A stretch of DNA of 64,000 nucleotides, from NCBI GenBank assembly GCA_035693145.1, contig DASSHA010000069.1, positions 16,451 through 80,450 on the forward strand, read 5' to 3'. The stretch is from Candidatus Limnocylindrales bacterium. Its GTDB lineage: Bacteria; Chloroflexota; Limnocylindria; Limnocylindrales; CSP1-4. Position numbers and translations under genes: made by a program. How positions within the stretch are numbered: position 1 is the stretch's first letter; each line of letters begins with the position of its first letter. Under the pieces are notes generated by a model. It was not told where the DNA came from and did not search any database. It worked only from the letters and a program-made list of their open reading frames with translations. Shown here piece by piece: positions 1 through 9,170 of this stretch.

Positions 1-3000
1 GCATTCGCGTCGCGACCCGATGCGTTCGGCGAGGCCGACGTCGCGCTCGTCCGCGCGCTCGCAGAGCACGCCGCCGGCGCGATCGCAAACCGCCGCCTGA
101 TCGATCGCCTGGCGAGGAGCGAGACCGAGCTCGAGCGGCGTGCGGACGCCGAGCGGACCGTCCGCGAGATCGGCGCTCGCATCACGAGCACCCGTGACGT
201 CGACGAGGTCATCCAGCTCACGATCGACGAGGCGGTGCGGCTGCTCAACGGCGAAGGCAGTCGGATCGACGTCGTAGACCCCCGGAGTGGGCTGCTGCGG
301 GGCCTCTACATCACCGGCGACCGCGCGCCGTCGCCGGACATGTGGCCCGAGACGCCCGACGAGAAGCCCGACGATGGCGTCTCGGGCCAGGCGGTCAGCC
401 GGAACGCCGTGATTCGGACGGGCGACTACCTCGCCGACCAGACCTTCCCCCACGCGAGCGGTCCCGACGCATACATCCGGGCGACGGGCATCCGTTCCGT
501 CATCGCCGCGCCGATGCCGGGCGAGACGGGTCCGGTCGGCGCGCTGACGGTCTACACCTCGCGTCCCGACGCCTTCGATGAGGTCGACGAACGAACGCTC
601 GCCGGGCTCGCCGAACAGGCCTCGATCGCCCTGACGAACGCACGCCTGATCGCGGAGCTTGCCAGCTCGCGTGAAGAGCTCCTCCGCCGGGCGTCCGCCG
701 AGCACGCGCTTCGCGAGATCGCCGAGGCGCTCGCGGCGATGCCCGAATCGGGCGCGGTCCTCCAGCGCGTCGCCGACGAGACGGGCCGCCTCGTCCGCGC
801 CGACGGGACGATCCTGTCGCTGCTCGATCCCGGGACCGGCCTGCTCCACTGGGCGTACGACGACGGCCTGCGGGCCGCCTTCGATCCCGGGTACGTCGCG
901 AACCTGACCCTGCCCCTCGGCGTCGGTCCGACCGGCATCGCGGTCGCCGAGGCCCGCGTCGTGCGGGTGGATCGAGACCTCATCGACCAGTTCCCGCCCT
1001 CGCCCGAGAACGACACGTTCTTCGGGACGACGCACTTCCGCTCGATCGTCGCGGTGCCCATCGTCGCGGAGGCCGGTCCGATCGGCGCTCTCGAGGTCTA
1101 TTCGACCCGCGAGGCCGCGTTCTCTCCGGCGGACGAGGCGCTCCTCGGCGCGCTTGCGGGGCAGGCGGCCGTTGCGCTCACGAACGCCCGGCTCATCGAG
1201 GAGCTGCGCCGGTCGCGCGAGGAAAATGCCCGCCGGGCCGAGCGGGAGCAATCGCTCCGCGAGATCGCAGCCCGGGTGACGGCGATCCGGGAGCCGGGAG
1301 TCGTCCTCGAGCGGGTCGTCCGTGAGGCGCGCCGACTGCTCGGCGCCAAGGGCGCCGTCATCGACCTCGTCGATCCCGCCAGCGGCGCGTTCCGGCGGGC
1401 CTACGACGACGGCGTCGACGCCGCGGCGCGTGACGAATGGGTCCGCCTCGACATCGGGCGAGACATCGTCCGGGACGTGATCCGCGGTCGGGCCGTCGCC
1501 CTGAGCGACGACTACCTGGCCCAGGTCGCGACCCCCGCCCAGGCGGCGTTCGTCGAGCGGAGCGGGGTCCGATCGCTCGCGGTCGCCCCGCTCGTGGCCG
1601 AATCGCGCGCGCTCGGCACGCTCGGCGTGTTCAGCGACGAGACCGGTCGCTGGACGCCCGACGACGCGAACCTCCTCGCGGCGCTCGCAGACCAGGCCGC
1701 GATCGCGATGACGAACGCCCGGCTCATCGAGGAGCTGGAGCGGAGCCGCACGAGCCTTCGCCGCAGCGTCGAGGCCGAGCGGGCGCTCCGCGAGATCGCC
1801 GCCCGGATCACGGCGTTGCGCGAGCCGGACGAGGTGCTCGAGCAGATCGTCGAGGAGGCGAGCCGGCTGCTCGGCTCCGACGGCGGCCACCTGACGCTGC
1901 TCGGCGACGATCGCCGGTTCCTCGAGCCGGTCGTCGTCCTCGGCGCCGTCGGACCCGAGACCGAGGCCTGGGTTCGCTCACGCCGCTTCCCGGTCGGCAC
2001 CGGGATCAACGGGCTCGCGGCGGGAGAGAACCGCGTCACCTGGACGTTCGACTACCCGATCGATCCGCGGATCGGCGAGGAGCCGGCCCAGGGATTCGCC
2101 TCGCGGCTCGGGATCCGGGCGATGGCGGCGGCACCGCTGCGGGCGCCCGGCGGCGAGGTCATCGGGACCCTCGCCATCTCGTATCGCGAGCCGCGCGAGT
2201 TCCAGCCCGAGGAGGCGGCGCTCCTTCAGGGGCTCGCGGACCATGCGGCGATCGCCGTCGCGAACAGCCGCCTGCTCGAGCAGCTGCAGGCGTCGGAGAG
2301 CGCCTATCGCCACCTCGTTCAGAACTCACCCGACCTCGTCTGGGCGATCGACTCCGACGCCAGGTTCACCTTCCTCTCGGACACCTGCGAGCGGCTCACC
2401 GGGTGGCGACCGGAGCAGCTGCTCGGCCGCCATTTCGGCGAGCTCGTCCATCCGAACTCGCGCGACGTCGCCGAGCGTGACTGGTTGGCCGGCCAGGCCG
2501 ACGGCGCCCAGGAGCTGCGCGGCAGGCTCGACATCCTCCACCGCGACGGCCACGCGGTCCCCGCCGAGTTCATCGCCCAGTCCCGTGCCGAGGACGGCCG
2601 GTTCGTCGGCGCGAACGGATCCGTCCGCGACATGACCGAACGGGACCGCCTCGAGCGCCAGCTGCGGGCCTCCGAGGAGCGCCACCGGTTCCTCGTGACG
2701 GCCTCGCCCGATCTCACCTGGGAGGTCGATGCCGACGGCGTGTTCACCTTCGTGAGCGATCGGATCGCGGAGCTCACCGGCAACCGGCCCGACGAGGTCG
2801 TCGGCCACCATTTCGACGACCTTCTCCACGACGACACGCGGCAGGAGGCGTACGCCCGGTACTCGGACCTCGTCCGGGAGCCCGGCGTCGTCCACCCCGC
2901 CCGCTTCTCGCTGCGACATCGCGACGGCCACGCGGTGCCGATCGAGAACTTCGCGGTCGGGATCGTTCGTGACGGGGCGTTCGTCGGCGCCCATGGCGCC

Positions 3001-3696
3001 GCACGCGACGTCAGCGAGCGTGATCGCCTGGAGCACGGCCTCCGCCGGCAGGCGGCCGAGCTCGCCGCCTCCGAGGAGCGCGCCCACCTGGCCCGCGAGC
3101 TTCACGATTCGGTCACCCAGGCGCTGTTCAGCATGACCCTCATCACCCGGACGATCGAGCTGCTCATCGGCCGCGACCCCGACGCAGCGCGTGAGAAGCT
3201 CGCTGCCCTGCGCGATCTCCAGCGCGACGCTCTGGCGGAGATGCGGTCGCTCATCTTCGAGCTCCGACCCGGCTCCCTCGAGCAGGACGGCCTCGTCCAC
3301 GCGCTGCGCACGCATTCCGCCGCGGTCGAGGGCCGGATCGGGCTGCCGATCCAGCTCGACGCCGAGCCCCTCGAGCGACTTCCGATCGAGATCGAGGACG
3401 TCGTCTACCGCATCGCCCAGGAGGGCCTCCACAACATCGTCAAGCACGCCAGCGCCCGCCAGGTCCGGATCGCGCTCCGGCGCGTCGAAGACCGGGTCCG
3501 GCTGTCCATCGAGGACGATGGCAAGGGGTTCGACCCCGCGGCGATCCCGCCCGGACACCTGGGCGTCGCCGGGATGCGCGCCCGCGCCGAACGGATCGGC
3601 GGCCGCCTGACCGTGCGCTCCTCGATCGGCAGTGGCACCCGGATCGAGCTCGACGCGCCGGCGTGCGAACGGCCGAATGACGTAGTCCGGTCCTGA
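1..3696 (+). CDS. Multi-sensor histidine kinase, 5' partial. At least four tandem GAF modules, two PAS domains, a HisKA_3 dimerisation/H-box and a HATPase_c domain.
   Basis: The reading frame is open from base 1 and is in frame with ORF 235..3696. GAF-like modules recur, each closed by an NARLIEEL-type linker (DNA near-repeats at about 631, 1177 and 1709). Two PAS blocks follow (LVWAIDSDARFTFLSD and LTWEVDADGVFTFVSD). The H-box is EERAHLARELHDSVTQALF, typical of NarL-class kinases. The ATPase has G-rich boxes (DDGKGFDP ... GSGTRIEL). Confidence 0.85.
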   Translation, partial: AFASRPDAFGEADVALVRALAEHAAGAIANRRLIDRLARSETELERRADAERTVREIGARITSTRDVDEVIQLTIDEAVRLLNGEGSRIDVVDPRSGLLRGLYITGDRAPSPDMWPETPDEKPDDGVSGQAVSRNAVIRTGDYLADQTFPHASGPDAYIRATGIRSVIAAPMPGETGPVGALTVYTSRPDAFDEVDERTLAGLAEQASIALTNARLIAELASSREELLRRASAEHALREIAEALAAMPESGAVLQRVADETGRLVRADGTILSLLDPGTGLLHWAYDDGLRAAFDPGYVANLTLPLGVGPTGIAVAEARVVRVDRDLIDQFPPSPENDTFFGTTHFRSIVAVPIVAEAGPIGALEVYSTREAAFSPADEALLGALAGQAAVALTNARLIEELRRSREENARRAEREQSLREIAARVTAIREPGVVLERVVREARRLLGAKGAVIDLVDPASGAFRRAYDDGVDAAARDEWVRLDIGRDIVRDVIRGRAVALSDDYLAQVATPAQAAFVERSGVRSLAVAPLVAESRALGTLGVFSDETGRWTPDDANLLAALADQAAIAMTNARLIEELERSRTSLRRSVEAERALREIAARITALREPDEVLEQIVEEASRLLGSDGGHLTLLGDDRRFLEPVVVLGAVGPETEAWVRSRRFPVGTGINGLAAGENRVTWTFDYPIDPRIGEEPAQGFASRLGIRAMAAAPLRAPGGEVIGTLAISYREPREFQPEEAALLQGLADHAAIAVANSRLLEQLQASESAYRHLVQNSPDLVWAIDSDARFTFLSDTCERLTGWRPEQLLGRHFGELVHPNSRDVAERDWLAGQADGAQELRGRLDILHRDGHAVPAEFIAQSRAEDGRFVGANGSVRDMTERDRLERQLRASEERHRFLVTASPDLTWEVDADGVFTFVSDRIAELTGNRPDEVVGHHFDDLLHDDTRQEAYARYSDLVREPGVVHPARFSLRHRDGHAVPIENFAVGIVRDGAFVGAHGAARDVSERDRLEHGLRRQAAELAASEERAHLARELHDSVTQALFSMTLITRTIELLIGRDPDAAREKLAALRDLQRDALAEMRSLIFELRPGSLEQDGLVHALRTHSAAVEGRIGLPIQLDAEPLERLPIEIEDVVYRIAQEGLHNIVKHASARQVRIALRRVEDRVRLSIEDDGKGFDPAAIPPGHLGVAGMRARAERIGGRLTVRSSIGSGTRIELDAPACERPNDVVRS

Positions 3697-3742
3697 CATC
3701 TGACCATGGCCGTGCCGGCCGGCGGCGCTCACGCTGATCGGC

Positions 3743-4189
3743 GTGAGCCGTGCCGACGATGACGCCCGTCGCCTGCGCGTCGTGGTGGTCGACGCAGACC
3801 GCCGCGTGCGGGACAGCCTGTCGGGTCTGCTCGAGCTCGGTGACGAGCTCGAGGTCGTGGGTCAGGCCGGTCAGCCCGGTGCGGCGCTCGATCTGTGCGC
3901 GGAGCGCGACCCGGACGTCGTGATCGTCGACCCGCGGCTGCCCGACGTCGACGCCGGTGCGGCACTCGTGATGGAGGTCAGAGCGCGATTTCCCGGAACG
4001 GTCGTCCTCGTCCTGTCGTGGCCGGGAAGCGCGACCGATGGCGACGCGCGCGCGATGGGCGCCGACGGCGTCCTCTCGAAGTCGGCCGCACCGCACGAGC
4101 TCGCCGAGCAGGTCGTCGCGCTCGTCCGTGTCGCCCGACCGGGGCGCGCCAGAGGCGGCCGGCCGGGAGCCGGCGGAACCCGATGCTAG
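3743..4189 (+). CDS. Stand-alone CheY-like receiver (REC) domain protein
   Basis: The gene starts at GTG 3743. The product has VVVVDAD, a phospho-acceptor-like VVIVDPRLPDVD, VLVLS and a conserved Lys (LSKS). It has no output domain. Its stop TAG 4187-4189 overlaps the ATG of the next gene (ATGCTAG). Confidence 0.55.
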   Translation: MSRADDDARRLRVVVVDADRRVRDSLSGLLELGDELEVVGQAGQPGAALDLCAERDPDVVIVDPRLPDVDAGAALVMEVRARFPGTVVLVLSWPGSATDGDARAMGADGVLSKSAAPHELAEQVVALVRVARPGRARGGRPGAGGTRC

Positions 4190-4935
4190 ACTCGCGCGGA
4201 GAAGGCGGCACCGTACAGGCCGGATCGGCCGCCCGTCGCGCGCCGGAGGGAACCACCATTTCGGATCCGCAGGTGGACGACGCCGCGAAGATCCGCGTCC
4301 TCATCGTCGACGACCATGCCGTCGTCCGGATGGGGCTACGCGCCTTCTTCGACATGCTCGACGACATCGAGGTCGTCGGCGAGGCCTCCGACGGTTCGGA
4401 GGGCGTCGCCGTCGCGCGTCGCCTTCGGCCGGACGTCGTCCTCATGGACCTGCTCATGCCGAACATGGACGGAATCACGGCGATCGCCCGGATCAAGGAA
4501 GAGCGTCCCGAGACCGAGATCGTCACGATGACCTCCTTCATCGAAGAGGAGAAGGTCACCGCGGCGCTCGAGGCCGGGGCGTCCGGATACGTCCTGAAGG
4601 ACGCCGAGGCCGACGAGGTTGCCGAGGCCGTCCGCGCCGCCTTTCACGGCGAGATGCACCTGGACCCGCAGGTCGCGCGCCTCCTCGCACAACGGCTGCG
4701 CACGAAGAAGACCGAGCCGGATCTGGCCGAGCCGCTGACGGATCGCGAGAAGGAGGTCCTCGGCCTCCTGGGCCGCGGCCTGTCGAACAAGGAGATCGGC
4801 ACCGAGCTGTTCATCACCGAACGGACGGCCCGAACCTACGTATCGAACATCCTCGGCAAGCTCGGCCTCCAGAGCCGAACGCAGGCCGCCCTGTGGGCCG
4901 TCGAGCACAAGCTCGCGGAGTCCCCGAGGGCCTGA
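4183..4935 (+). CDS. NarL/FixJ-family response regulator (REC + LuxR-type HTH)
   Basis: The receiver has the KIRVLIVDDH ... VVLMDLLMP ... motifs. The C-terminus has a LuxR HTH (LTDREKEVLGLLGRGLSNKEIGTELFITERTARTYVSNILGKLG). I took ATG 4183 as the start. GTG 4273 is an alternative. Confidence 0.85.
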   Translation: MLDSRGEGGTVQAGSAARRAPEGTTISDPQVDDAAKIRVLIVDDHAVVRMGLRAFFDMLDDIEVVGEASDGSEGVAVARRLRPDVVLMDLLMPNMDGITAIARIKEERPETEIVTMTSFIEEEKVTAALEAGASGYVLKDAEADEVAEAVRAAFHGEMHLDPQVARLLAQRLRTKKTEPDLAEPLTDREKEVLGLLGRGLSNKEIGTELFITERTARTYVSNILGKLGLQSRTQAALWAVEHKLAESPRA

Positions 4936-5270
4936 CCGCCGGGGGTCGCGCGGGCGCGGCGGATGGTCGTTGCCGTCCCGACGCCTCGTTGCGTGGTGGG
5001 CGGGCGCGTTGCATCCCAGGGAATCGTTCCGACGACCTCGCGTCTCGCCGTTGCCTGCCGAGGTACGGGCCGACATCGGCGACCGGCTCGCGGTGCCGCA
5101 TCGGTGCATCGCAGGCCATGTTCCGACCGCTTCCTGCCTGATTCGAAGCCCGGCAGGCAACGTCCACTGACCGACGGGGCCGCCACTCCCGTTGCATCCG
5201 CGGCACCGCGCGATGCGGAGACGCGGCCGCCAACGGCTCGCGGAGCTCGGCTGGTCATCGCACGCTCCGT

Positions 5271-6623
5271 ATGATCCGCGGCATGCCGAGCGGCGGGAGG
5301 CGGAACGGACCCGGGCTCGTGCGCGCCGTCGCCTCAACGGCGCTCCTCGTCGTCGCCGGCTGTGGCTACGTCGTGCCGCGTGAACCTGCAGTCGCTCCTG
5401 CAGTCGCTCCGACGGAGGCGCCGGTCGCCGTCGCGACCGACGGCCGCGGCGAGCGGCCGACCCGTCCGCCAGGGCCGACGCCCAGTCCTTCGACGGCCGG
5501 CCCGCCGCCGGTCGCGACCGGCCGACTACCCGAGATCCCGTCGGTCGCGCTGCAGGCCGCGATCGTCCGCTTTCTAGGCTCGACGAGCACGCCCGGGATC
5601 TCCGCGACGATCCGCTGGCCCGATGGCCGGACGTGGACCGGTACGGCGGGCTATTCGAACGTCGGCCTGCGGACGCCGGTGACGGCGGACACGGCCTTCG
5701 CGGTTGCGAGCATGAGCAAGACGTTCACGGCGGCACTGATCCTCGAGCTCGTCGACCAGGGCCTGCTCGGGCTCGACGATCCGGCCGCCCGCTACCTGCC
5801 GAGCCACCTGCTGCCCGCCGGCAGCGTCGATCCCCGGATCACGATCAGGATGCTGCTCGATCACACCTCCGGCCTGTTCGACGTGTTCCTCAACCCGAAG
5901 ATCGACCCGGCGCTCCAGTCGAAGCCCGCCGCCCGCTGGACCGCGGCGCGTGCGCTGAGCTATGGGGGCAAGGCGTACTTCGCCCCCGGAGTGGGCTGGC
6001 ACTACTCGAACACGAACTACCTGCTCCTGGGGCTCATCGCCGAGCGCGTGACGGGCCGCGACCTCGGCAGCGAGCTCGAACACCGCTTCCTGGGTCCGCT
6101 CGGGCTCGATCGAACCTGGGTCCAGGCGTCCGGGCAGCCGCGCGCGACCGTCGCCCACGGCTACGACGTCGGAGGCCCGAGAGCCGCCCGGACCGTCCGC
6201 GACCTTGCCGACGGCACCGGTGTCGCGCCGTTCACATCGGTCATCACGGCCCTCGGCGCCGCCGGCGCCGTCGCCTCGACGTCCGTCGACCTCGCGACCT
6301 GGGCCGCGGATCTGTACGGCGGGAAGGTCGTCTCACCGGCGATGCTCGCGGCGATGACCGACGACCAGCAGCGAACGCGGGACTACATTCCCGGCGTGCT
6401 GTACGGGCTGGGGGTCCAGGTCTTCCAGGTGGGTCCGTGGACGACCCTCGGCCACAGCGGCCGGCTGCTCGGCTTCCGCGGCCAGATGCGGTTTGTCCCG
6501 GCGACCGGGGTCTCGATCGCGGTCCTGACGAACCAGAGCCGGGCGGACGTCGCGCCGCTCGTCTCGGCGCTCCTGCGGATCGTCCTTCCACCGGCCGGCG
6601 GTCCCCAGGCGGGTCGCCGATGA
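5271..6623 (+). CDS. Serine hydrolase of the beta-lactamase / penicillin-binding-protein family (class C-like), lipoprotein
   Basis: The N-terminus has a lipobox (LLVVAGCG). It carries the SxxK active-site motif (ASMSKTF) and a YSN motif (HYSNTNY) of the beta-lactamase / D-Ala-D-Ala carboxypeptidase fold. Confidence 0.8.
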   Translation: MIRGMPSGGRRNGPGLVRAVASTALLVVAGCGYVVPREPAVAPAVAPTEAPVAVATDGRGERPTRPPGPTPSPSTAGPPPVATGRLPEIPSVALQAAIVRFLGSTSTPGISATIRWPDGRTWTGTAGYSNVGLRTPVTADTAFAVASMSKTFTAALILELVDQGLLGLDDPAARYLPSHLLPAGSVDPRITIRMLLDHTSGLFDVFLNPKIDPALQSKPAARWTAARALSYGGKAYFAPGVGWHYSNTNYLLLGLIAERVTGRDLGSELEHRFLGPLGLDRTWVQASGQPRATVAHGYDVGGPRAARTVRDLADGTGVAPFTSVITALGAAGAVASTSVDLATWAADLYGGKVVSPAMLAAMTDDQQRTRDYIPGVLYGLGVQVFQVGPWTTLGHSGRLLGFRGQMRFVPATGVSIAVLTNQSRADVAPLVSALLRIVLPPAGGPQAGRR

Positions 6624-7282
6624 GCGACGGGAAGGCGGCGCGCGACCCGCGCGTCGACCCGATCGACGTTCGCCCGGCGCTGCTCGACCTCGCGCCGCTC
6701 GACGTGCGGCCCGTCGTCCTCGAGGGTTCGATCGTCCGGCTGGAACCCCTTCGCGAGACCCACCTCGACGGGCTCGCCGACGCCGGTCTCGACGAGGCCG
6801 TCTGGCGCTGGGTCACCGTCGATGTTCGAACCCGGGAGGCGCTCGCCGGATGGATCCGCGAGGCGTTGAGCGAGGAGGCCGCCGGGACGAGCCTGCCGTT
6901 CGCGACGGTCGAACGCTCGACTGGTCGCCCGATCGGTAGCACCCGCTTCCTCAACATCGACCGCCGAAACCGCCACGTCGAGATCGGCTGGACGTGGGTC
7001 GCGCCGGCGTGGCAGCGGACGGGCGTGAACCGCGAGGCGAAGCTGCTCATGCTCCGCCATGCGTTCGAGACGCTCGGCTGCCTGCGCGTCGAGTTCAAGA
7101 CCGATTCCCTCAACGACGCGTCGCGCGCCGCGCTCCTCGGGATCGGGGCGACGTTCGAGGGGATCTTCCGGAACCACGTGATCAGTCAGGGCGGTCGGAT
7201 CCGCCACTCTGCCTGGTACAGCGTCACCGACACGGACTGGCCGACGGTCCGCGAGCGGCTCGAGGCGAGCCTGCGGCGGTAG
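6620..7282 (+). CDS. GNAT family N-acetyltransferase (RimJ/RimL-like)
   Basis: The ATG overlaps the upstream stop (ATGA at 6620-6623). The product has an acetyl-CoA binding block (RVEFKTDSLNDASRAALLGIGATFEGIFRNH) and a conserved W/Q-R-G motif (WQRTGVNREA). Confidence 0.8.
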   Translation: MSDGKAARDPRVDPIDVRPALLDLAPLDVRPVVLEGSIVRLEPLRETHLDGLADAGLDEAVWRWVTVDVRTREALAGWIREALSEEAAGTSLPFATVERSTGRPIGSTRFLNIDRRNRHVEIGWTWVAPAWQRTGVNREAKLLMLRHAFETLGCLRVEFKTDSLNDASRAALLGIGATFEGIFRNHVISQGGRIRHSAWYSVTDTDWPTVRERLEASLRR

Positions 7283-7314
7283 CGTCGGCGGCTCGGTCAC
7301 GCTCGGACCGAACG

Positions 7315-8613
7315 TCAGGCGGCGGCGGCTCCGGTGCCGCGCCGCCGGCGCGATCGGCCGCCGCGCGATGCCGTCGCGGGCGTCGAGGCCGCTGGCGCGC
7401 GCCGGGGTGCCCCACCACCGGTTCGTCCCCCCGGGACGCGGACGGGCCGCGGCTCGGCGTTCCGGTCCGGGATGAACCCGTCCTCGACGGCCCACGGGAT
7501 CGCGACCTTGAGCATCCGCTGGACGCCGCGGAGGAGGTCCGTCTCGTCGATGCAGACCAGGCTGATCGCGTCGCCGTCGAGGCCGGCACGAGCGGTTCGG
7601 CCGATCCGGTGGATGTAATCCTGCGGGTCGAACGGAAGCTCGAAGTTCACGACGTGCGGGAGGTCCTCGATGTCGAGGCCGCGAGCGGCGACGTCGGTTG
7701 CGACGAGCACCCGAACCGTGCCGGATTTGAACATCTCGAGCGCCCGCGAGCGATCGGCCTGTGAGCGGTCGCCGTGGATCGCGGTCGCTTCGATGCCCCG
7801 ACGATCGAGCCACGACGCGAGCCTCGCGGCGGCGAGCTTCGTCCGGGTGAAGACGAGCACCTGACGGAGGTCATCCTTGCGGATGAGGTGGGCGAGCAGC
7901 TCCTCCTTGCGATCGCGGTCGACCGGATAGACGAGCTGGCGGACGCGGTCCGCCGTGGCGTTCTTCGGCGCGACGGCGATCCGCTCCGGGTCGCGCAGGA
8001 TCTGTCCGGCGAGGCCGCGGACGTCGTCGGAGAACGTGGCCGAGAACATCAGGTTCTGGCGCTTCGCGGGGAGCGCGTCGAGAATCCGTCGGATGTCCGG
8101 CATGAACCCCATGTCCAGCATCCGATCGGCCTCGTCGAGCACGAGGACCTCGACCTGCGAGAGGTTCACGGTTCGGCTGCCGAGGTGATCGAGGAGCCGG
8201 CCGGGGGTCGCGACGAGGATCTCGACCCCGCCGAGGAGTGCCTTGGCCTGCGGCTCGATCGGCACGCCGCCATAGGCGACGGTCGAGCGGAGCGGCAGGT
8301 GTCGCGCATATCCCGCGACCGAGTCGGCCACCTGGACGGCGAGCTCCCGAGTCGGCGTGACGACGAGCGCCCGGACGGGGTGGCGCGCGGGCGAGAAGCT
8401 GGTGTTCGCCTGCGCCTTCAGGCGCTGGAGAATCGGGAGGACGAAGGCGGCGGTCTTGCCCGTACCGGTCTGGGCAGTGGCGAGGACGTCGCGGCCGGCG
8501 AGGACGACGGGGATCGCGGCTGACTGGATGGGGGTCGGCTCGCTGTAGCCCTCGTCCGCGACCGCCTGGAGGATCTCGGCGGCGAGGCCGAGCTGTTCGA
8601 ACGTGCTGGTCAA
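7315..8613 (-). CDS. DEAD-box ATP-dependent RNA helicase (RhlE/DeaD-like) with an Arg/Gly-rich C-terminal tail
   Basis: It has the Q-motif (FEQLGL ... PTPIQ), Walker A (AQTGTGKT), DEAD (VLDEADRM), SAT, HRIGRTARAG, and an RGG-rich tail. It has a TTG start at 8613 preceded by a purine-rich SD-like element (AGAAGAGAG). Confidence 0.9.
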   Translation of the reverse strand: MTSTFEQLGLAAEILQAVADEGYSEPTPIQSAAIPVVLAGRDVLATAQTGTGKTAAFVLPILQRLKAQANTSFSPARHPVRALVVTPTRELAVQVADSVAGYARHLPLRSTVAYGGVPIEPQAKALLGGVEILVATPGRLLDHLGSRTVNLSQVEVLVLDEADRMLDMGFMPDIRRILDALPAKRQNLMFSATFSDDVRGLAGQILRDPERIAVAPKNATADRVRQLVYPVDRDRKEELLAHLIRKDDLRQVLVFTRTKLAAARLASWLDRRGIEATAIHGDRSQADRSRALEMFKSGTVRVLVATDVAARGLDIEDLPHVVNFELPFDPQDYIHRIGRTARAGLDGDAISLVCIDETDLLRGVQRMLKVAIPWAVEDGFIPDRNAEPRPVRVPGGRTGGGAPRRAPAASTPATASRGGRSRRRRGTGAAAA

Positions 8614-9170
8614 ACTCTCTTCTTTTCTCTGGCACCCGGCAGTTCACACCGTGCCCGGGTGAGCATCACGGAGACCGGTTCGACGCATCCCGACGTCGCG
8701 ACGCGTGGCGGCTGCTTCGCGGGCTCAACGTCCGCGGCGCCGATCGGACCACCGATCCGACATCGAGGATACTCCGCGCCACCGTCGCCGTCATGCCCCA
8801 GCCGAGCCACGACGCAGCACGTCGACGAGCGGGCCTGCGAGCGGCCTGCCGGAGCTGCCATACTCGGTCTCGACTCACGACACCGCAGACCAGGCTCGAC
8901 AACAGAAGATCGCCGCCCCCAGGCATCTCCGTCGACCGCCCTGTCGCGCTCGGGATGGCTCGCCCGGTGCTCACCACCGGCCGATCCAAGCGCGACCCTC
9001 TCGCGCCCATCGCCGGGGGCGCGCGCGCTCGCCGCGCCCGCCCCGTCGACCGTCACCGCGTTCGTGCCTGCTCGCGTGCCCGTTTCCGCGCTCGACGACC
9101 TGCCTTGGGCGACCGGTCCCATCGTCGCCGTGCCCCCAGCACGGTGCTCCGGAAGGGAGGAGGCACGCCA

